Positions 41,437 to 54,740 of a stretch of DNA of 64,000 nt are shown here, in pieces (position 1 is the stretch's first letter; every line of letters begins with the position of its first letter). Origin of the DNA: Octopus sinensis. Its lineage: Eukaryota. Both the position numbers and the translations under genes were made by a program. The notes under the pieces were generated by a model, which saw only the letters and a program-made list of their open reading frames with translations, ran no database searches and was not told the DNA's origin. The stretch covers positions 173,352,001 through 173,416,000 of the forward strand of contig NC_042997.1 of NCBI RefSeq assembly GCF_006345805.1, in the 5' to 3' direction.

Positions 41437-41488
<52 letters not shown>

Positions 41489-41504
41489 GTGTGTGTATGT
41501 ACTG

Positions 41505-41669
41505 TGTGTGTATGTACATATACGTACATATATAATATTTATTATTTTTAGATGTATAATAGATATATGTATGCATATACATATACATACATATATACAT
41601 ATCTATATACACACACGCACATATGTATATATATATATAGATACTGTATATAATATATTATATATATAT

Positions 41670-41716
<47 letters not shown>

Positions 41717-41870
41717 TGTATGTATGTGTGTGTATGTACAATACGTACATATATAATTTTTATTTTTAGATGTATATATAGATATATGTATGCATATACA
41801 TAACATAACATATATACATATCTATATACACACCACGCACATATGTATATTATATATATATATTACTGTA

Positions 41871-41880
<10 letters not shown>
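41505..41880 (+). repeat. Duplicated low-complexity block (~150 bp x2)
   Basis: TACGTACATATATAAT...TTTTAGATGTATA...CATATCTATATACAC occurs at ~41520 and ~41742. Confidence 0.75.
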
Positions 41881-41923
<43 letters not shown>

Positions 41924-42218
41924 GTATATGTATATGCATGTGTGTGCGCGTGGAAGAAGGTGATGTGTGTACCTGTGTTTTAGTAGTAGATTGAAAATAT
42001 TTACTGTCATTTCATTTACAATCAACTTTCATATTTTTTTTATTTAATTCAAGTAACAACCCGCATCTTAACATTCTCATATTCCACATACATATGTCCT
42101 GTATTCCCATATATTATTTATTCTTACATACCATACTGTTTTACCCTGAATAAATGCTGTATGTATTATATTCGTAAGTTCCAAATTCTGTGTACTAAAC
42201 GTATATATTATTGAATAA

Positions 42219-42451
42219 GGCGGCGAGCTGGCAGAAACGTTAGCACGCCGGGCGAAATGCGTAGCCGTATTTCGTCTGTCGCTACGTCCTGAGTTCAAAT
42301 TCCGCCAAGGTCGACTTTGCCTTTCATCCTTTCAGGGTCGATTAAATAAGTACCAAGTTACGCACTGGGATCGATATAATCGACTTAATCTGTTTGTCTG
42401 TCCTTGTTCGTCCCCCTCTGTGTTTAGCCCCTTGTGGGTAGTAAAGAAATA
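42219..42451 (+). mobile_element. SINE family A, full length, 12-bp TSD
   Basis: ATATTATTGAAT at 42205-42216 and 42456-42467. Confidence 0.95.
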
Positions 42452-42476
42452 GTAGATATTATTGAATCAGACCAAT

Positions 42477-42690
42477 GCAGCGAGCTTGACAGAATCATTT
42501 GCACACCGGATAAAAAAAGCATAGCGACATTTCACATGTCTTTAGGTTCTGAGATCAAATCCTACCAAGATCATCTTTGCCTTTCATCCTTTCGGCGTCG
42601 ATAAAATAATTATTGGTTGAACACTGGGATCGATGTAATCGACTCCTCTCCTGAAAAGTGCTGACTTGGTGCTAAAATTTAAAGCCATTA
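42477..42690 (+). mobile_element. SINE family A, older tail variant
   Basis: CTTTGCCTTTCATCCTTTCGGCGTCGATAAAA. Confidence 0.75.
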
Positions 42691-43094
42691 TTTAGTCAGA
42701 TCCACCTTTTGAGCTTGGCACCAACGCACACGTAACCATACATACGCACAATCGAGCATCGTTACCCGTCTCTATTTCTGTATACATGCACAATCGAACG
42801 CGGGCGCAACACACACTCATTCATTTCGCTCTAAGTTTAATCCAACCGAAATTTACCTAATTTTTCGTTTTCCCATGGGCGATAAAATAAGAAGCAGTCA
42901 GTTACTGAAGTCAGTGCAGTGGATAGCATTTGTCTAAATAATCAGTCTGATCACTCGTTGATGGAATACCTCACAGCACTAAAACCTCAAGCAGTTCACT
43001 GCATCTCTCAACACTAGTGTGTGTATGTGTAATTAACGAAATAGTAATATACCTACACGTATATATAATATAATAAGCGTGCACATATATAGTA

Positions 43095-43616
43095 CCGTAA
43101 ATCCTCGAGTATAGTTCGCCCTTGAGTATAATACGCAGGGGATTTTTAGGGTGTTGTACCTCTGAAAAACCTAAACCTTGTGTATAATACGCACCCCTTC
43201 TCTAACTTGAGTCGTGCGTAATTAAGCCAGCAGCACCTAGTCGAACAAACACTTCCGCGCATGCGTAATACAATAATGGTGATGTTTTTAACTGTTATAT
43301 GAGAATGTAAATATATTTGCAAATTGTTTTTATTACATGTTATTCTGTGTTCTGAATACTTTTATTTTAATAAATGTTGCGTACTGCAAGTTATGGATGA
43401 TTCTTTTATGACTTCATTGCTTCCAGGCTTAGCTTAAGGTATTTTCACGCCCGACATCACAAAATGCGTCTGAATAAACATTGCCGGACAGCAAATAGAG
43501 ACTCGGACATTGCTTAGAAAATATTTTTCAATTTTAACCTCGTATATAGTACGCACTAGGGATTTTGACCTTTAAATTTTGGGGAAAAAATGCGGATTAT
43601 ACTCGAGGATTTACGG
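43095..43616. mobile_element. MITE of Tc1/mariner superfamily (Tc2/pogo-like ends)
   Basis: TIR CCGTAAATCCTCGAGTATA at both ends, TA TSD, internal GTATAATACGCA repeats. Confidence 0.9.
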
Positions 43617-44216
43617 TATGTAATATATAATAATGATAAAATGGAATACAGAGAGTAAGGAATATAAACCTTTATTCGAATAAGATGCTTTTATTTTCGG
43701 CATCGATTCATTTGTAAAATTTTAGAGTTTTCGATTTTAACCCTTTGCCTTTTCTGAGAATCTCACGACGTACATGCATCTAATATGAAGCATATTCCCA
43801 ATTTTTTCAACCATCAGAGCAACTTAGGACTTATGAAAAGAAAGCGTTATATTACTCAGAACCTATGAAGGCAAGGCAAATTAAGAGTCATGCATGGCGT
43901 TACGGACAAAATCATGAAAATGCATTGCACAGTCAAGGATTCATTATATTATAGTAGACGTGCGAAAGTTGTGTTGCGAGTAAATGCACGCTTAGATAGA
44001 TTCAGATATTTGAACTGATCCATATTTGACCTGTATATAGGCCGTATTAACTGCTCTTTGCCGTTGAGAACATTCCTCGCTTTAGGCAAGTGTTAAATAT
44101 TTTTTTGTAAAAGTGTGGCATTAATGGAGTGGTTCTCAACATTCAGTGAAATAGCAAAATTCACTCATTCACTGTGACATTTAATTCCTGCTGCTTCAAT
44201 GTTTGAAATAATTCTC

Positions 44217-44271
<55 letters not shown>

Positions 44272-44295
44272 ACATCATCATCATCATCATCATCA

Positions 44296-44373
<78 letters not shown>
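44217..44373. repeat. (TCA)n(TTA)n tract
   Basis: Direct inspection. Confidence 0.95.
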
Positions 44374-44375
<2 letters not shown>

Positions 44376-45036
44376 CGGCTTGCATTGTATATCGCATCAC
44401 GCACCAATCCACCAGTGTAACATAATACAACACACTAATGCGGTCGAAAAGAAAATCAAAACATCTGAAGTAAATCATTTTGAAATTTATAAAAATTTTT
44501 GCATTTATTTATTTACAAATGTGTTGTTTTAGCATGTTAGACCTTGAAAAGGGATTTCAATTTTCAACACCATCATTAAAAAAATATTGTTAAATAATTT
44601 ATTAATCTTAAAAAATTAAATTCATTTGTAAAAGTAAAAAACGGGAAAAGTACGGTTGTTTGAAAATTTTCGGTAAAGAAATTTTGAATGGAAATGTATG
44701 TATGTCCCGTGACAAAAGTTTAAGATGATTTAAAGGACCAAATATATATTATAAGATGTAATGATGTATAAAAGTCAAGTACATTTTGAAAAGATGCAAT
44801 TTCCTAGCTGTCGTTTCATTTCATCATGCCACAAAAATTCGAGAATATAAGATTATTCGTTTCGGTAATTCAGGAAAACCAAGTTTATTTCTTTTTACAT
44901 TCCCCTCGCTTTCTGTTATGCTGCTTTTCACATATGCACACAAAAGGTTGGTTACCTAAAATAATGATGTATTAATAATTATACTTATATGTTTGGTGCG
45001 TACATTCATGATAGGAAAAAAACATGCTCAAAGGTA

Positions 45037-45195
45037 CAGGCATAGCTGTGTGGCTAAGGAGTTCGCATTGCAACCACGTGGTTTCGTGTTCAGTCCCACT
45101 CTGCGTCGCCTGAAGCAAGGGTCTTCTATTATAGCTCAAGTCAATCCATGCCTTGTGAATGAAGTTGATAGACAGAAAATGTGCGGAAGCCCGTC

Positions 45196-45263
<68 letters not shown>

Positions 45264-45480
45264 GTCTGTCTATCTGTCTATCCGTCTATCTATCTACATA
45301 CATACACTCATACTAACACCCGTAATTTAGCGGTTCGATAAAAGAGACAAATAGAATTAGCACCAGGTTTAAAAAATAAAAATAAATACTAAATCTGATT
45401 CGTTCGACTATAATTCTTCAAATGGTGCCCCAGCATGGCCTCAATCTACTGACTGAAACAGATAAAACAAAAAAGATAGA
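45037..45480 (+). mobile_element. SINE family B, older, with internal (CTAT)n
   Basis: Head and tail match family B. Confidence 0.75.
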
Positions 45481-45719
45481 AGGTGATGATAATAGTTCCT
45501 AATTTAGGCTCTTGATCAGCAATATGAGGGGGCCGAAGCTGTGAATTAAAATGTTCCCAGTACTTGTTTGGTATTGTCTTTAAACGAAGCATAAAAGTAT
45601 AAGGCAAAGTTGATATCGACGGGATTCGAACTCATAAAATAAAGTCAGAACAAATTACCATGAAACAGTTTGTCTGATACTCTAACGATCCTAATTATTT
45701 GGAATGAATTGAATTGGTT

Positions 45720-45775
45720 TACCTATGTTAAGTCCACTGCAGGACGAAGGCCTCAGCATGTTCTCTGCACCAACC
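45720..45775 (-). mobile_element. RTE-type LINE 3' tail remnant
   Basis: GAGGCCTTCGTCCTGCAGTGGAC resembles RTE 3' ends. Confidence 0.4.
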
Positions 45776-46369
45776 ACGGCCTGGCGTGGATGCCGTGGAT
45801 TTATGCTCGTGATTATACTAGCTTGATGAGCCTACTCTGCCACACTGGCTCAACATGGCTTGGGAAACGGGTGTAGCTGTTATACTCCTATCCAGTAGTA
45901 AGTCAAATCGATGTAATCGACCCCAGTGTTCAACTAGCAATTATTTATCACTCTAAAAAATTAGTAATAATAATTTCTGAAATAGGCACAAGGCCAGCTA
46001 TTATGAGGGAGGCGTTAGTCGATACCATCGGCTTCAGTATTTCACTGGTACTTAATCTTATCAACTTCGGAGAAATAAAACAAAGTGGACCCAGGCGGTA
46101 ATTGGACTCAGAAATGTACACATCCGGAATAAATACCGCAAGCTTACTGAGTCTAAAGCTACTGAAACAGTAGGAGATTTCTAGAAGAAATAGACAAGTA
46201 GATGGAAAGAAATGGAACTGCACGGCTAATTCATGGATCAAACTAAGAATGATGGAATACTCATCTGATTGACGGGCAGAAACATGAAACGGTGGGTGGG
46301 GGTGGGGGCGCTATAGCGCTAATTAATCAACACTCATTACAAATGTGCCATAGAGGTCAGAGGCAGAAC

Positions 46370-46702
46370 TATCTCATAGGATGCTTGATTTCTCCTTGGT
46401 TCATGTGAATTTAAGTGGTTGACAAATACAGTCCTTGAGACAACTGTACTTCAATTCCAATTGGATTCCTGAATCCATTGCACTCGAGTCTTGCGTACAG
46501 AGTGGTCGTTTCAGAGCAGCGCGCTTCAGTGGCTTTGCTCATAGATATCAAATCTATTCTTGACAATTTTGCTCTATGATGCCCGGGTTTACGGTAATGC
46601 TTTTAAGTTATCCAAATCTATCTCCAGAACTTTAATACCGTTTTTTGCAACATCCTTAAATCGCTTTGTTTACGCTGTAGCCTTTTCCTTGTGGTCAGCT
46701 CC
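46370..46702 (-). pseudogene. RTE-type LINE C-terminal fragment
   Basis: ELTTRKR..RKQ/KRFKDVAKNGIKVLEIDLDNL, matching GEL..GKR..GRPK.RFKD..K..LK...ID. Confidence 0.65.
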
Positions 46703-46707
46703 TTATA

Positions 46708-46754
<47 letters not shown>

Positions 46755-47732
46755 CACACATACATACATGCATACATACATACATACATATATATATATT
46801 GCATATGCATGCAATCAAAAATGTTCCTGATAAGGTTTGAAACCACAATCTAGAGATATACGTTTAAATATGGTGAGATTGTTAGCATGAAAATGGTTAC
46901 TATACATAACTTCATACATAAATGAAGGCATTTACACATACAGGCGCATATATACAAACACGCACACATATACACATACCAATATTAGGTTTGTGTATGA
47001 GTATGTATTTGCTTTATGATCTGTCTGTATGAGCATAAACATAAGTTGACTTCATAGCTGTCGCCATAAATTTAAAATAATATGTAAATAAATATATAGA
47101 TTAAAAATGTAAAATATATAAGACAGTAGCTTTCTACTAAAACATTTTTGATAAGAGCATAATTTTCTTTTTACCATGGATTTTTCTTGATAGGTACAAC
47201 ATTTGAGACAAACCGTGTACGCACATATTTGCTTTAGCAGCCATGATGGGTTAGAAAGTATAACATAAATAAGCTTATAAAAACAACAGGAAGTTGGTTT
47301 GTTTGGAGAAGTGGCCATGACAGTTCGTGGTGAAATTGCAATTTCGAAACAAATGTGATATGATATATTACTTTTCTATATTGTTTTTGTAGTTGTTTAT
47401 CTAAATTCTGCCCTGCTCCAGTTGATCCATGATTAAAGCCTTTCCAGCAATGGCCATCCTGTCTTTTCATATGTAATGATCTACGTATCTAGTAACATGT
47501 CTTCCAAGTATTTTCAAGACAGTCGAGTGTAAATGGGGGGAGATTTGACTGCTATATTAAGCTGTCCGTGTAACTTTATAGTGGATCCTTCTCTGGTGTG
47601 AATTTTATCCTCCTATAAGAATGACCCTAATCCTTGCCTTAGCACTTTAAGGATTGACTAAATCGGATACTTAATTGATTTTTCAAATATAAAAATTTGC
47701 TACATTTATTGTTTTATTATTTCGCTGTTGTA

Positions 47733-47950
47733 AGGTGGCGTGCTGGCAGATTCGTTGGCACGCAGGCTAAAATGCTTGGCGGCATTTCGCCCGCCTTTAC
47801 GTTCTGAGTTCAAATTCCGTCGAGGTCGACTTTGTCTTTCATCCTTTCAGGGTCGAGGAAAAAAGTACCAGTCAAGCACTGGGGTCGATGTAATCGACTT
47901 ACCCACCACCCGAAATACCTGGTCTCGTGTCCAAATTTGAAACCATTATT
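47733..47950 (+). mobile_element. SINE family A, older tail variant
   Basis: A head and central domain. Confidence 0.85.
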
Positions 47951-48154
47951 TCGGAGTTGTACTTGTGAAGCAAGTGACTTAATATGAGAGCATGCGTCGA
48001 AACTGAAGCAATCACAGCGTCAAAGTGTCACTTAATCACACTCGAAGTATGTTATATTTTCACTTCTTTTTGTCGCACTTCTGCAACCGTAGTTACTAAC
48101 ACTTTTCCACGACGATGCAATTGCTTTATTTGATTCCGAAATAATAAACGATTC

Positions 48155-48360
48155 AAATCTTTGGATAAGGATGACAATTTTGAGGGAGGAGGCAAGTCGA
48201 TTAAATCTATCTCAGTAATTGAATGGTACTGCATTTTATTGACCCCGAAAGAATGACAAGCAAAGGTAACCTCGGCAGGATTTGAACTCAGAACGTAAAG
48301 CTCAAATAAATTTTGCAACACATTTTGTACGACGCACTAATGATTCTGCATGCTTGCTAG
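48155..48360 (-). mobile_element. SINE family A, degraded, inverted relative to 47733
   Basis: GACCCCGAAAGAATGAC...TTTGAACTCAGAACG. Confidence 0.7.
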
Positions 48361-49714
48361 CAAACAGCATTGTTGCTGAGCATTCTATCTATCTCGGTCA
48401 ATTGAGCACTATAATGTCAAAAGTATTTTAATCATTATCTATTTCGGGCTATCCTTCCTTTTAAGAGATATTTGGTTACCAATTCTAACTGATCAGGCCA
48501 CCTTCACATTCAAGATACCTTCTGTATTCGTCTACCATCTTTGTATGAATGTTTCTTCCTGGTTGAAATATTAAGGTTTATTCTGCCTGGCCATCTGTAT
48601 AACGACAAGGTTGTAACGCAAAGTGTCTTACTCTCTTCGTCAGTCTTTGCTTAAACCTTCATTGCAGACTTTTGATTGTTCCCGTTGCCGTGATTACTCA
48701 TAGCGTATGGATTTTGGAGCAGTGGAACTTCGTTTTTATCCAGTCGGAATACCACATATCCTATTGTAAATATAAAACCGGAAGTGTATTTTGGGCTGTG
48801 GATCAGCAGACGTCTCGTCAATGATACACATATGTCTTCTTTTAGATACGGAGAAGTAGATATGGCGAGTGTTATGATTTGAGATCGTGTATTGAAACTA
48901 AAACGATTGCAGCGTGGAAGAAACAAATTAGACCATTCAGAAACCCACTAAGACCGTGAACTTCACTTTAGCATTTATCGTTTGTAATAAGATGACAAAA
49001 AGTTTCGTCACACGAAGTCGCAACACAGCACAAATTTCTCAGTAATCTGACTGCAGTTCGAACGACGAGAATTTTGACACCATGTTGCAAACAGTAAATG
49101 TTTAAGTGAAATTAAAGGTCTTTGTGTGTTTCTATATGGCTAACGTGTCTTTTCTACACTGCAATCGTTTCTTTAAAGTAGTCCTACTTTATTTTCTCCC
49201 ATCTTATTTTGTTGTGATGTTTTGTAATAGCTAGGTTTTGGAGACACGGGAAATGTTCATGAAATTCGTAAACCCAACGAAGTCTGAGATTTAGGCTGCT
49301 AAATGCTCCGCTTTATTCACGTAGACGATTACAGGAAAGTCATACGCAAAAAGGGAATTCCCGAGGGTCTATGTAATGGGAAACAAAAAACTGCAGTGTC
49401 TTATGTTTAGAACGAGGACCGAAGAATATGAGGGCATAGTAGAGCACCGACCGTATGGAAAGAAAAGACTGGTTGTTGTTGTTGTTGTTGTTAATGCGAG
49501 GCCTTAATGGCTTGCCATAACATGAACAATGAGAGAAAAGATAAATGGGTCTGTAGTGCCTGAGTGGAGGTTGTGGGGAGAGAATCTAGCTCTAAGGTTA
49601 CTGAAATGTAAATTCGTATATATTTCTTCGATGTTTCCGCAGTTCATTACGATATTAAATGCACACAGTATAGTTAAAACAATTATCAGTCAAGATTTAA
49701 GAAAAACATTTGAT

Positions 49715-49886
49715 AGGCGTAGGAGTGGCTGTGTGGTAAGTAGCTTGTTTACCAGCCACATGGTTCCGGGTTTCGTCCCACTGCGTGGCACCTTGAGCAG
49801 GTGTCTTTTACTATAGCCTCAGGTCGACCAAAGCCTTGTGAGTGGATTTGGTAGACGGAAACTGAAAGCCTGTCGTATATATGTTA

Positions 49887-49935
<49 letters not shown>

Positions 49936-50140
49936 TGTGTGCGTTTGTACCGCAACATCGCTTGACAACCGATGCTGGTGTGTTTACGGCACCGTAACTT
50001 AGCGGTTCGGCAAAAGAGACCGATAGAATAAGTACTAAGCTTACAAAGAATAAGTCCTGGGGTCGATTTGCTTGACGAAAGCCGGTGCTCCAACATGGAC
50101 ACAGTCAAATGGGTGAAACAAGTAAAAGCGTAAAAGAGTA
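49715..50140 (+). mobile_element. SINE family B, full length
   Basis: Head, (GT)n, tail. Confidence 0.9.
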
Positions 50141-50477
50141 CACACACACACATAAAATATATATGAACTTGCTAATTACTGAAATTAATACAAATTAGCA
50201 CTTAAAAAAAAACAATGTTCATGAATAAATATTAGTGCATACGTGTGTTTCTTTTTATAGTACATATATAAATTTATTTTTCATGTAATCAAATGTGCAT
50301 ATAATTAGACAAACATGTAGGTAAATGTCCTGCGGCTCTCAAGCATCCGATATTTATTGCATGTGGCTCTTAAATTAAGCATGTTTGACAGGTCCTGTAT
50401 TTACGGGTGAATGTGTGCGTGCGTGTATGTATGTATGTATGTATGTATGTAGTATGTATGTATGTATGTATGTATGT

Positions 50478-50532
<55 letters not shown>

Positions 50533-50560
50533 TATTATATATATTATTATATTATATATA

Positions 50561-50723
50561 TAGTTAATCCAAACAAGAAAACACAAAAAAAACACAGCAA
50601 CGCGAGGACGTGGAACAAATAAAGTATTATTGGACGCTCAGGAAAGAAGGAAAAAGGAGGGATTAACGTTTCGAGCGGAGCTCTTCGTCGGAAACAAGGA
50701 GAAGGAAAGATCCCGAGAAGGGA
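50561..50723 (-). mobile_element. Repeat E2 with hammerhead-like motif at 50661-50695 (CCGACGA)
   Basis: GUUU CCGACGA A GAGC-UCC-GCUC GAA ACGU U AAUC. (TA)n on both sides. Confidence 0.7.
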
Positions 50724-50732
50724 TATATATAT

Positions 50733-50769
<37 letters not shown>

Positions 50770-50948
50770 GAATTAAAATCCAATACAAGGAAACCAGGCT
50801 GCAATTCTAATATTTATTACATTATAATATAATATATTATTTATATTATAATAATATAATATTATGTTAATAAATTAGAATATGTCAATCGTAAGTCTCC
50901 ATTTCTTTTCGTATATAATATATATATATATATAATATATATATATAT

Positions 50949-50970
<22 letters not shown>

Positions 50971-50980
<10 letters not shown>

Positions 50981-51302
50981 TAAGATACAAAATGGGACAA
51001 AGAACGCAAAACATCCGGACAACTAGATGATACAAAAACGGACAACAAAACATCCAGATAGATGATGCAAAAAATCAAGGACGTGTCATTCGAAGCCTTT
51101 TATCCTCAGTCAAGAACCGGATCATCCTCGCAAGCCGAAATTGCGAGGATGATCCGGTTCTTGACTGAGGATAAAAGGCTTCGAATGACCCGTCCTTGTT
51201 TTTTTGTATCGTCTATCTGGATGTTTTGTTATATCCTTTTGTATTACCTAGTTGTCCGGATGTTTTGCGTTCTTTTCCCATTTTGTATCTTATATATGTG
51301 TG
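50971..51302. repeat. Long hairpin, ~163-bp arms and 7-nt loop
   Basis: 50971-51133 pairs with 51141-51302. The inner 49 bp are perfect. Confidence 0.95.
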
Positions 51303-51305
51303 TGT

Positions 51306-51338
<33 letters not shown>

Positions 51339-51439
51339 AAATATACATACATGCATATATATATATATATGTATGTATGTAAGTATGTGTGTGTGTGTGC
51401 GTGGTGTTTATTTACAACTGTATCGACCACAGTAAGAAC

Positions 51440-51661
51440 AAGTGACGTTGGATCGACAGATAGGCCAGGGCAGGCCTATATTCTATCCGCTCTGCAGGAT
51501 GACGGTTCATTGCAGGGATTCCTATTTACAGCTATGTGGACCGAAGTATCGTGAGGTGAAGTGTTTTGCTCAAGAACACAATGCACCACTGTTCTGGGAA
51601 TCGAAACCACGACAGTAAGGTCGTGGCTACAACACCTTGACCACAAGGCCACGTGCCTTCA
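51440..51661 (-). mobile_element. SINE with D-like head, degraded
   Basis: GAAGTGTTTTGCTCAAGAACACAATGC...GACCACAAGGCCACG. Confidence 0.65.
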
Positions 51662-51735
51662 CACACACACGCACGCGCATGAACACACACATATGTACAC
51701 ACACACACGCATATATATATATTATATATTAAGAA

Positions 51736-51952
51736 GGCGGCGAGCTGGCAGAAACGTTAGACGCCGGGCGAAATGCTTAGTGGTATTTCGTCTGCCGTTA
51801 CGTTCCGAGTTCAAATTCCGCCGAGGTCAGGTCTTTTGCCTTTCATCCTTCCGGGGTCGATAAATTAAGTACCAGTTACGCTCTGGGGTCGAGTAATTCA
51901 ACTAATCCGTTTGTCTCCTCTGTGTTTAGCCCCTTGTGGGTAGTAAAGAAAT
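51736..51952 (+). mobile_element. SINE family A
   Basis: Matches the A consensus. Confidence 0.9.
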
Positions 51953-52446
51953 ATATATATATTATATATATATACATATATATATACACATGTATATATC
52001 TACATATATACACATACATATACATGGATCACACACACACATATATATACATAAACATACACACATATATGTGGTGTATATATATATATATTATATATAT
52101 ATATCTATATGTGTGTATGTATGTATGTGTTTATATATATATAATATATATTAATATATATATTTATATAATATATATATACATAGTTAGATAAACAAAC
52201 TTACATGGCTTGATAAAACACTACGAGGGACGATGATCGGGGAGGTGAGAGTAATCGACACTTTTGCCAGTTGGAATAATGTTCTGTCAGAATAATGTTC
52301 GTGTCACATTATCTTTACGACTGGAATAGTGACATTGTTAAACTCACCAGGCTTTCTTCAATTTCATTCCCTGTCTGTCTGCTCGCCCGCAAGCCGGTCT
52401 GCCTGCGTGTCAGCCGGTCTGATTGTTTGTAGTAAGGACGATACTA

Positions 52447-53001
52447 CAGGGTCAGGCAAAATGATCTGACACATTTCTAGGTTAAATAAAAGGCAAATGA
52501 AGTAAAGAAACAAAAAATGTGTTTTTATTTTTAAAAAGTACATATAATGCCATTTTGTTTCATTATGTTTTAAAAATTAAATCAGTCAAATGGGATCCAT
52601 TATTGTCCACACACTGTCGAAGGCTTTCACGAAAGTTGTCAATAACTCGGCGGGTCATTTCATGTGGAATGGCAGTAATTTCTTGACGAATTGCATCTTT
52701 AAGTTCTGGCGGTGCGAGGTCGGCCGGTTGATTTTCGTTTCAATGCAGATCCAGTAGCTCTGAAGTTGGTAACCCATAACAAGATCGTGTTTCGAGCTGG
52801 TACGGGATCATGTCTACCAAGATTGAAGTGCAAACGGAACGCTCTTTGTGTTGCAGTTACAGAATCGTTTGTTTTGATAAACGTTTCCACAATGAAAGCG
52901 CGATGCTCACCAGTCCAATTCATGGCAGCAACTGAAAAAGGAACGAAAAACAATGCCTTATATTTAAACTACAAATGTGTCAGATCATTTTGCCTGACAT
53001 A
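52447..53001 (-). mobile_element. Internally deleted Tc1/mariner-superfamily element (DUF4817-type N-terminus)
   Basis: ~50-bp TIRs (GTCAGGCAAAATGATCTGACACATTT). MNWTGEHRAFIVETF...TQRAFRLHF...STGRPRT is fused to C-terminal LKDAIRQEI...QCVDNNGSHL. Confidence 0.9.
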
Positions 53002-53059
53002 TACATATATAGAGTTACAGATGATAATCTTCCTTTTACTTGCATCAGTCACTGGTCTG

Positions 53060-53357
53060 TATGTGTTCCTAGTGGTTGGAGTTTTCGGCTTTAGATCGTA
53101 AGGTCGTGACGTCGATTCCCGACGACGTGTTTGTGTCCACTCCGCAGGCAAAAACGTGTAGTATTTCCGGCGGCGCTCCTGTGTACTCCGCAGATAAAAA
53201 TGTGTAGTATCTCTTTTCTCCAAGGGCCCCAGCCTTGTCCCAATTCTTTGTCACGCTGAATCTCTAGAAACTACATTAAGGGCACGTGTGTTTGTGGAAC
53301 AGCCTGCTTCGTTGATCGGATAAACTAGAACACCTCGTTGTAACCGATGGAGAGCTA
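53060..53357 (+). mobile_element. SINE: D-like head + C1 tail, degraded
   Basis: CTAGTGGTT...TCGATTCCCG head; GCCTTGTC...GTCACGCTGAAT...GTAACCGATGGAG tail. Confidence 0.7.
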
Positions 53358-53379
53358 GTTTCATTGTATTGCGGCCATG

Positions 53380-54229
53380 TTAAACTATAGAATATCTTTA
53401 ATCTAGTTATACTCTAATATTTTTGTGGAGGCGCAATGGCCCAGTGGTTAGGGCAGCGGACTCGCGGTCATAGGATCGCGGTTTCGATTCCCAGACCGGG
53501 CGTTGTGAGTGTTTATTGAGCGAAAACACCTAAAAGCTCCACGAGGCTCCGGTAGGGGATGGTGGTGATCCCTGCTGTACTCTTTCACCACAACTTTCTC
53601 TCACTCTTACTTCCTGTTTCTGTTGTACCTGTATTTCAAGGGGCCGGCCTTGTCACTCTCTGTGTCACGCTGAATATCCCCGAGAACTACGTTATTGGTA
53701 CACGTGTCTGTGGAGTGCTCAGCCACTTACACGTTAATTTCACGAGCAGGCTGCTCCGTTGATTCGGATCAACCGGAACCCTCATCGTCGTAACCGACGG
53801 AGTGCTTCCAAACTCTAATATTTAATTACCAAACTATTTAACAAAACAATCACTCTTAATATTTTTGATTTTAGTTCATATATAATAATTATAAAATAAT
53901 AAATATATATATAAAAATAAGTATCTAAATCATAATCAACAATTATATTAATTAAAATCCATATTTTTTCCATCAATAAACATATAAATAATAAAATAAA
54001 TTAGTCCAATTATTACTTACATAAATATTTTAGATATCTTTCGAAAATATTTATGAAAATTCTAAAGTAAAAACATATAACTTATCGTTTAATTTTTATA
54101 TATATATTTATTATTTTATAATTATTATATATGAACTAACATCTAAGAATATTAAGAGCGATTGTTTTGTTAAATAGTTTGGTAATTAAATATTAAAGTA
54201 TAACTAGGTTAAAGATATTCTATAGTTTA
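53380..54229. repeat. AT-rich inverted repeat (~135-bp arms); left arm split by the SINE
   Basis: 53380-53422 plus 53824-53917 is the reverse complement of 54091-54229. Confidence 0.85.
53427..53811 (+). mobile_element. SINE: C head + C1 tail, 12-bp TSD
   Basis: ACTCTAATATTT at 53411-53422 and 53812-53823. Confidence 0.95.
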
Positions 54230-54740
54230 TTAATGTTTTATTAAGCTAATTTATATCTTCTCAGATAAATACATTTTTCTATCTATTTACTTTATTTTTT
54301 TTACCTTAAATATTCAACATAATAAATGTATAGTTGGCAACTGGTCCTTATGTTTTAAGTTTCAAATTTAGTTAATAGAGTTTCTTCTATAATAAAAATC
54401 ATTGTTTTATTTCTTTTATAAATATTGTTTAACTCTATTTGCTTATTTATTTAACTATTATTGTTATTATTGTTAACCTGAAAAGTGACTATAATTTTAA
54501 ATTCAATTGATTTTCGATTAAATCTAATTTAATTGTAATTCTAATTTAATTATAGCCATGAAACGTACGTAGTTTTTTTTACTTATTATTTATTGATTAT
54601 TCATTTTTATACTTTTTGTGATTTAGTTATATGTTTTAAAAAATATATATTATATTTTGTATTTATGATTTGGTTTATGTCTATCATCTTTTGAATTGCA
54701 TAATAGTGGTTTTTCTCTAATTTATATATATATATATATA

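Noticed and set aside
48640-48980. Possible further LINE fragment (YVFFRYGE...)
   Set aside because: Too degraded to support by eye.
51160-51200. CTGAGGA box in the long hairpin as a hammerhead
   Set aside because: No downstream GAAA or plausible stems I/II.
54486-54558. tRNA-Glu-like cloverleaf (TTC loop, about 72 nt)
   Set aside because: The D and T arms are unconvincing, and the ends are better explained as a simple AT-rich hairpin.
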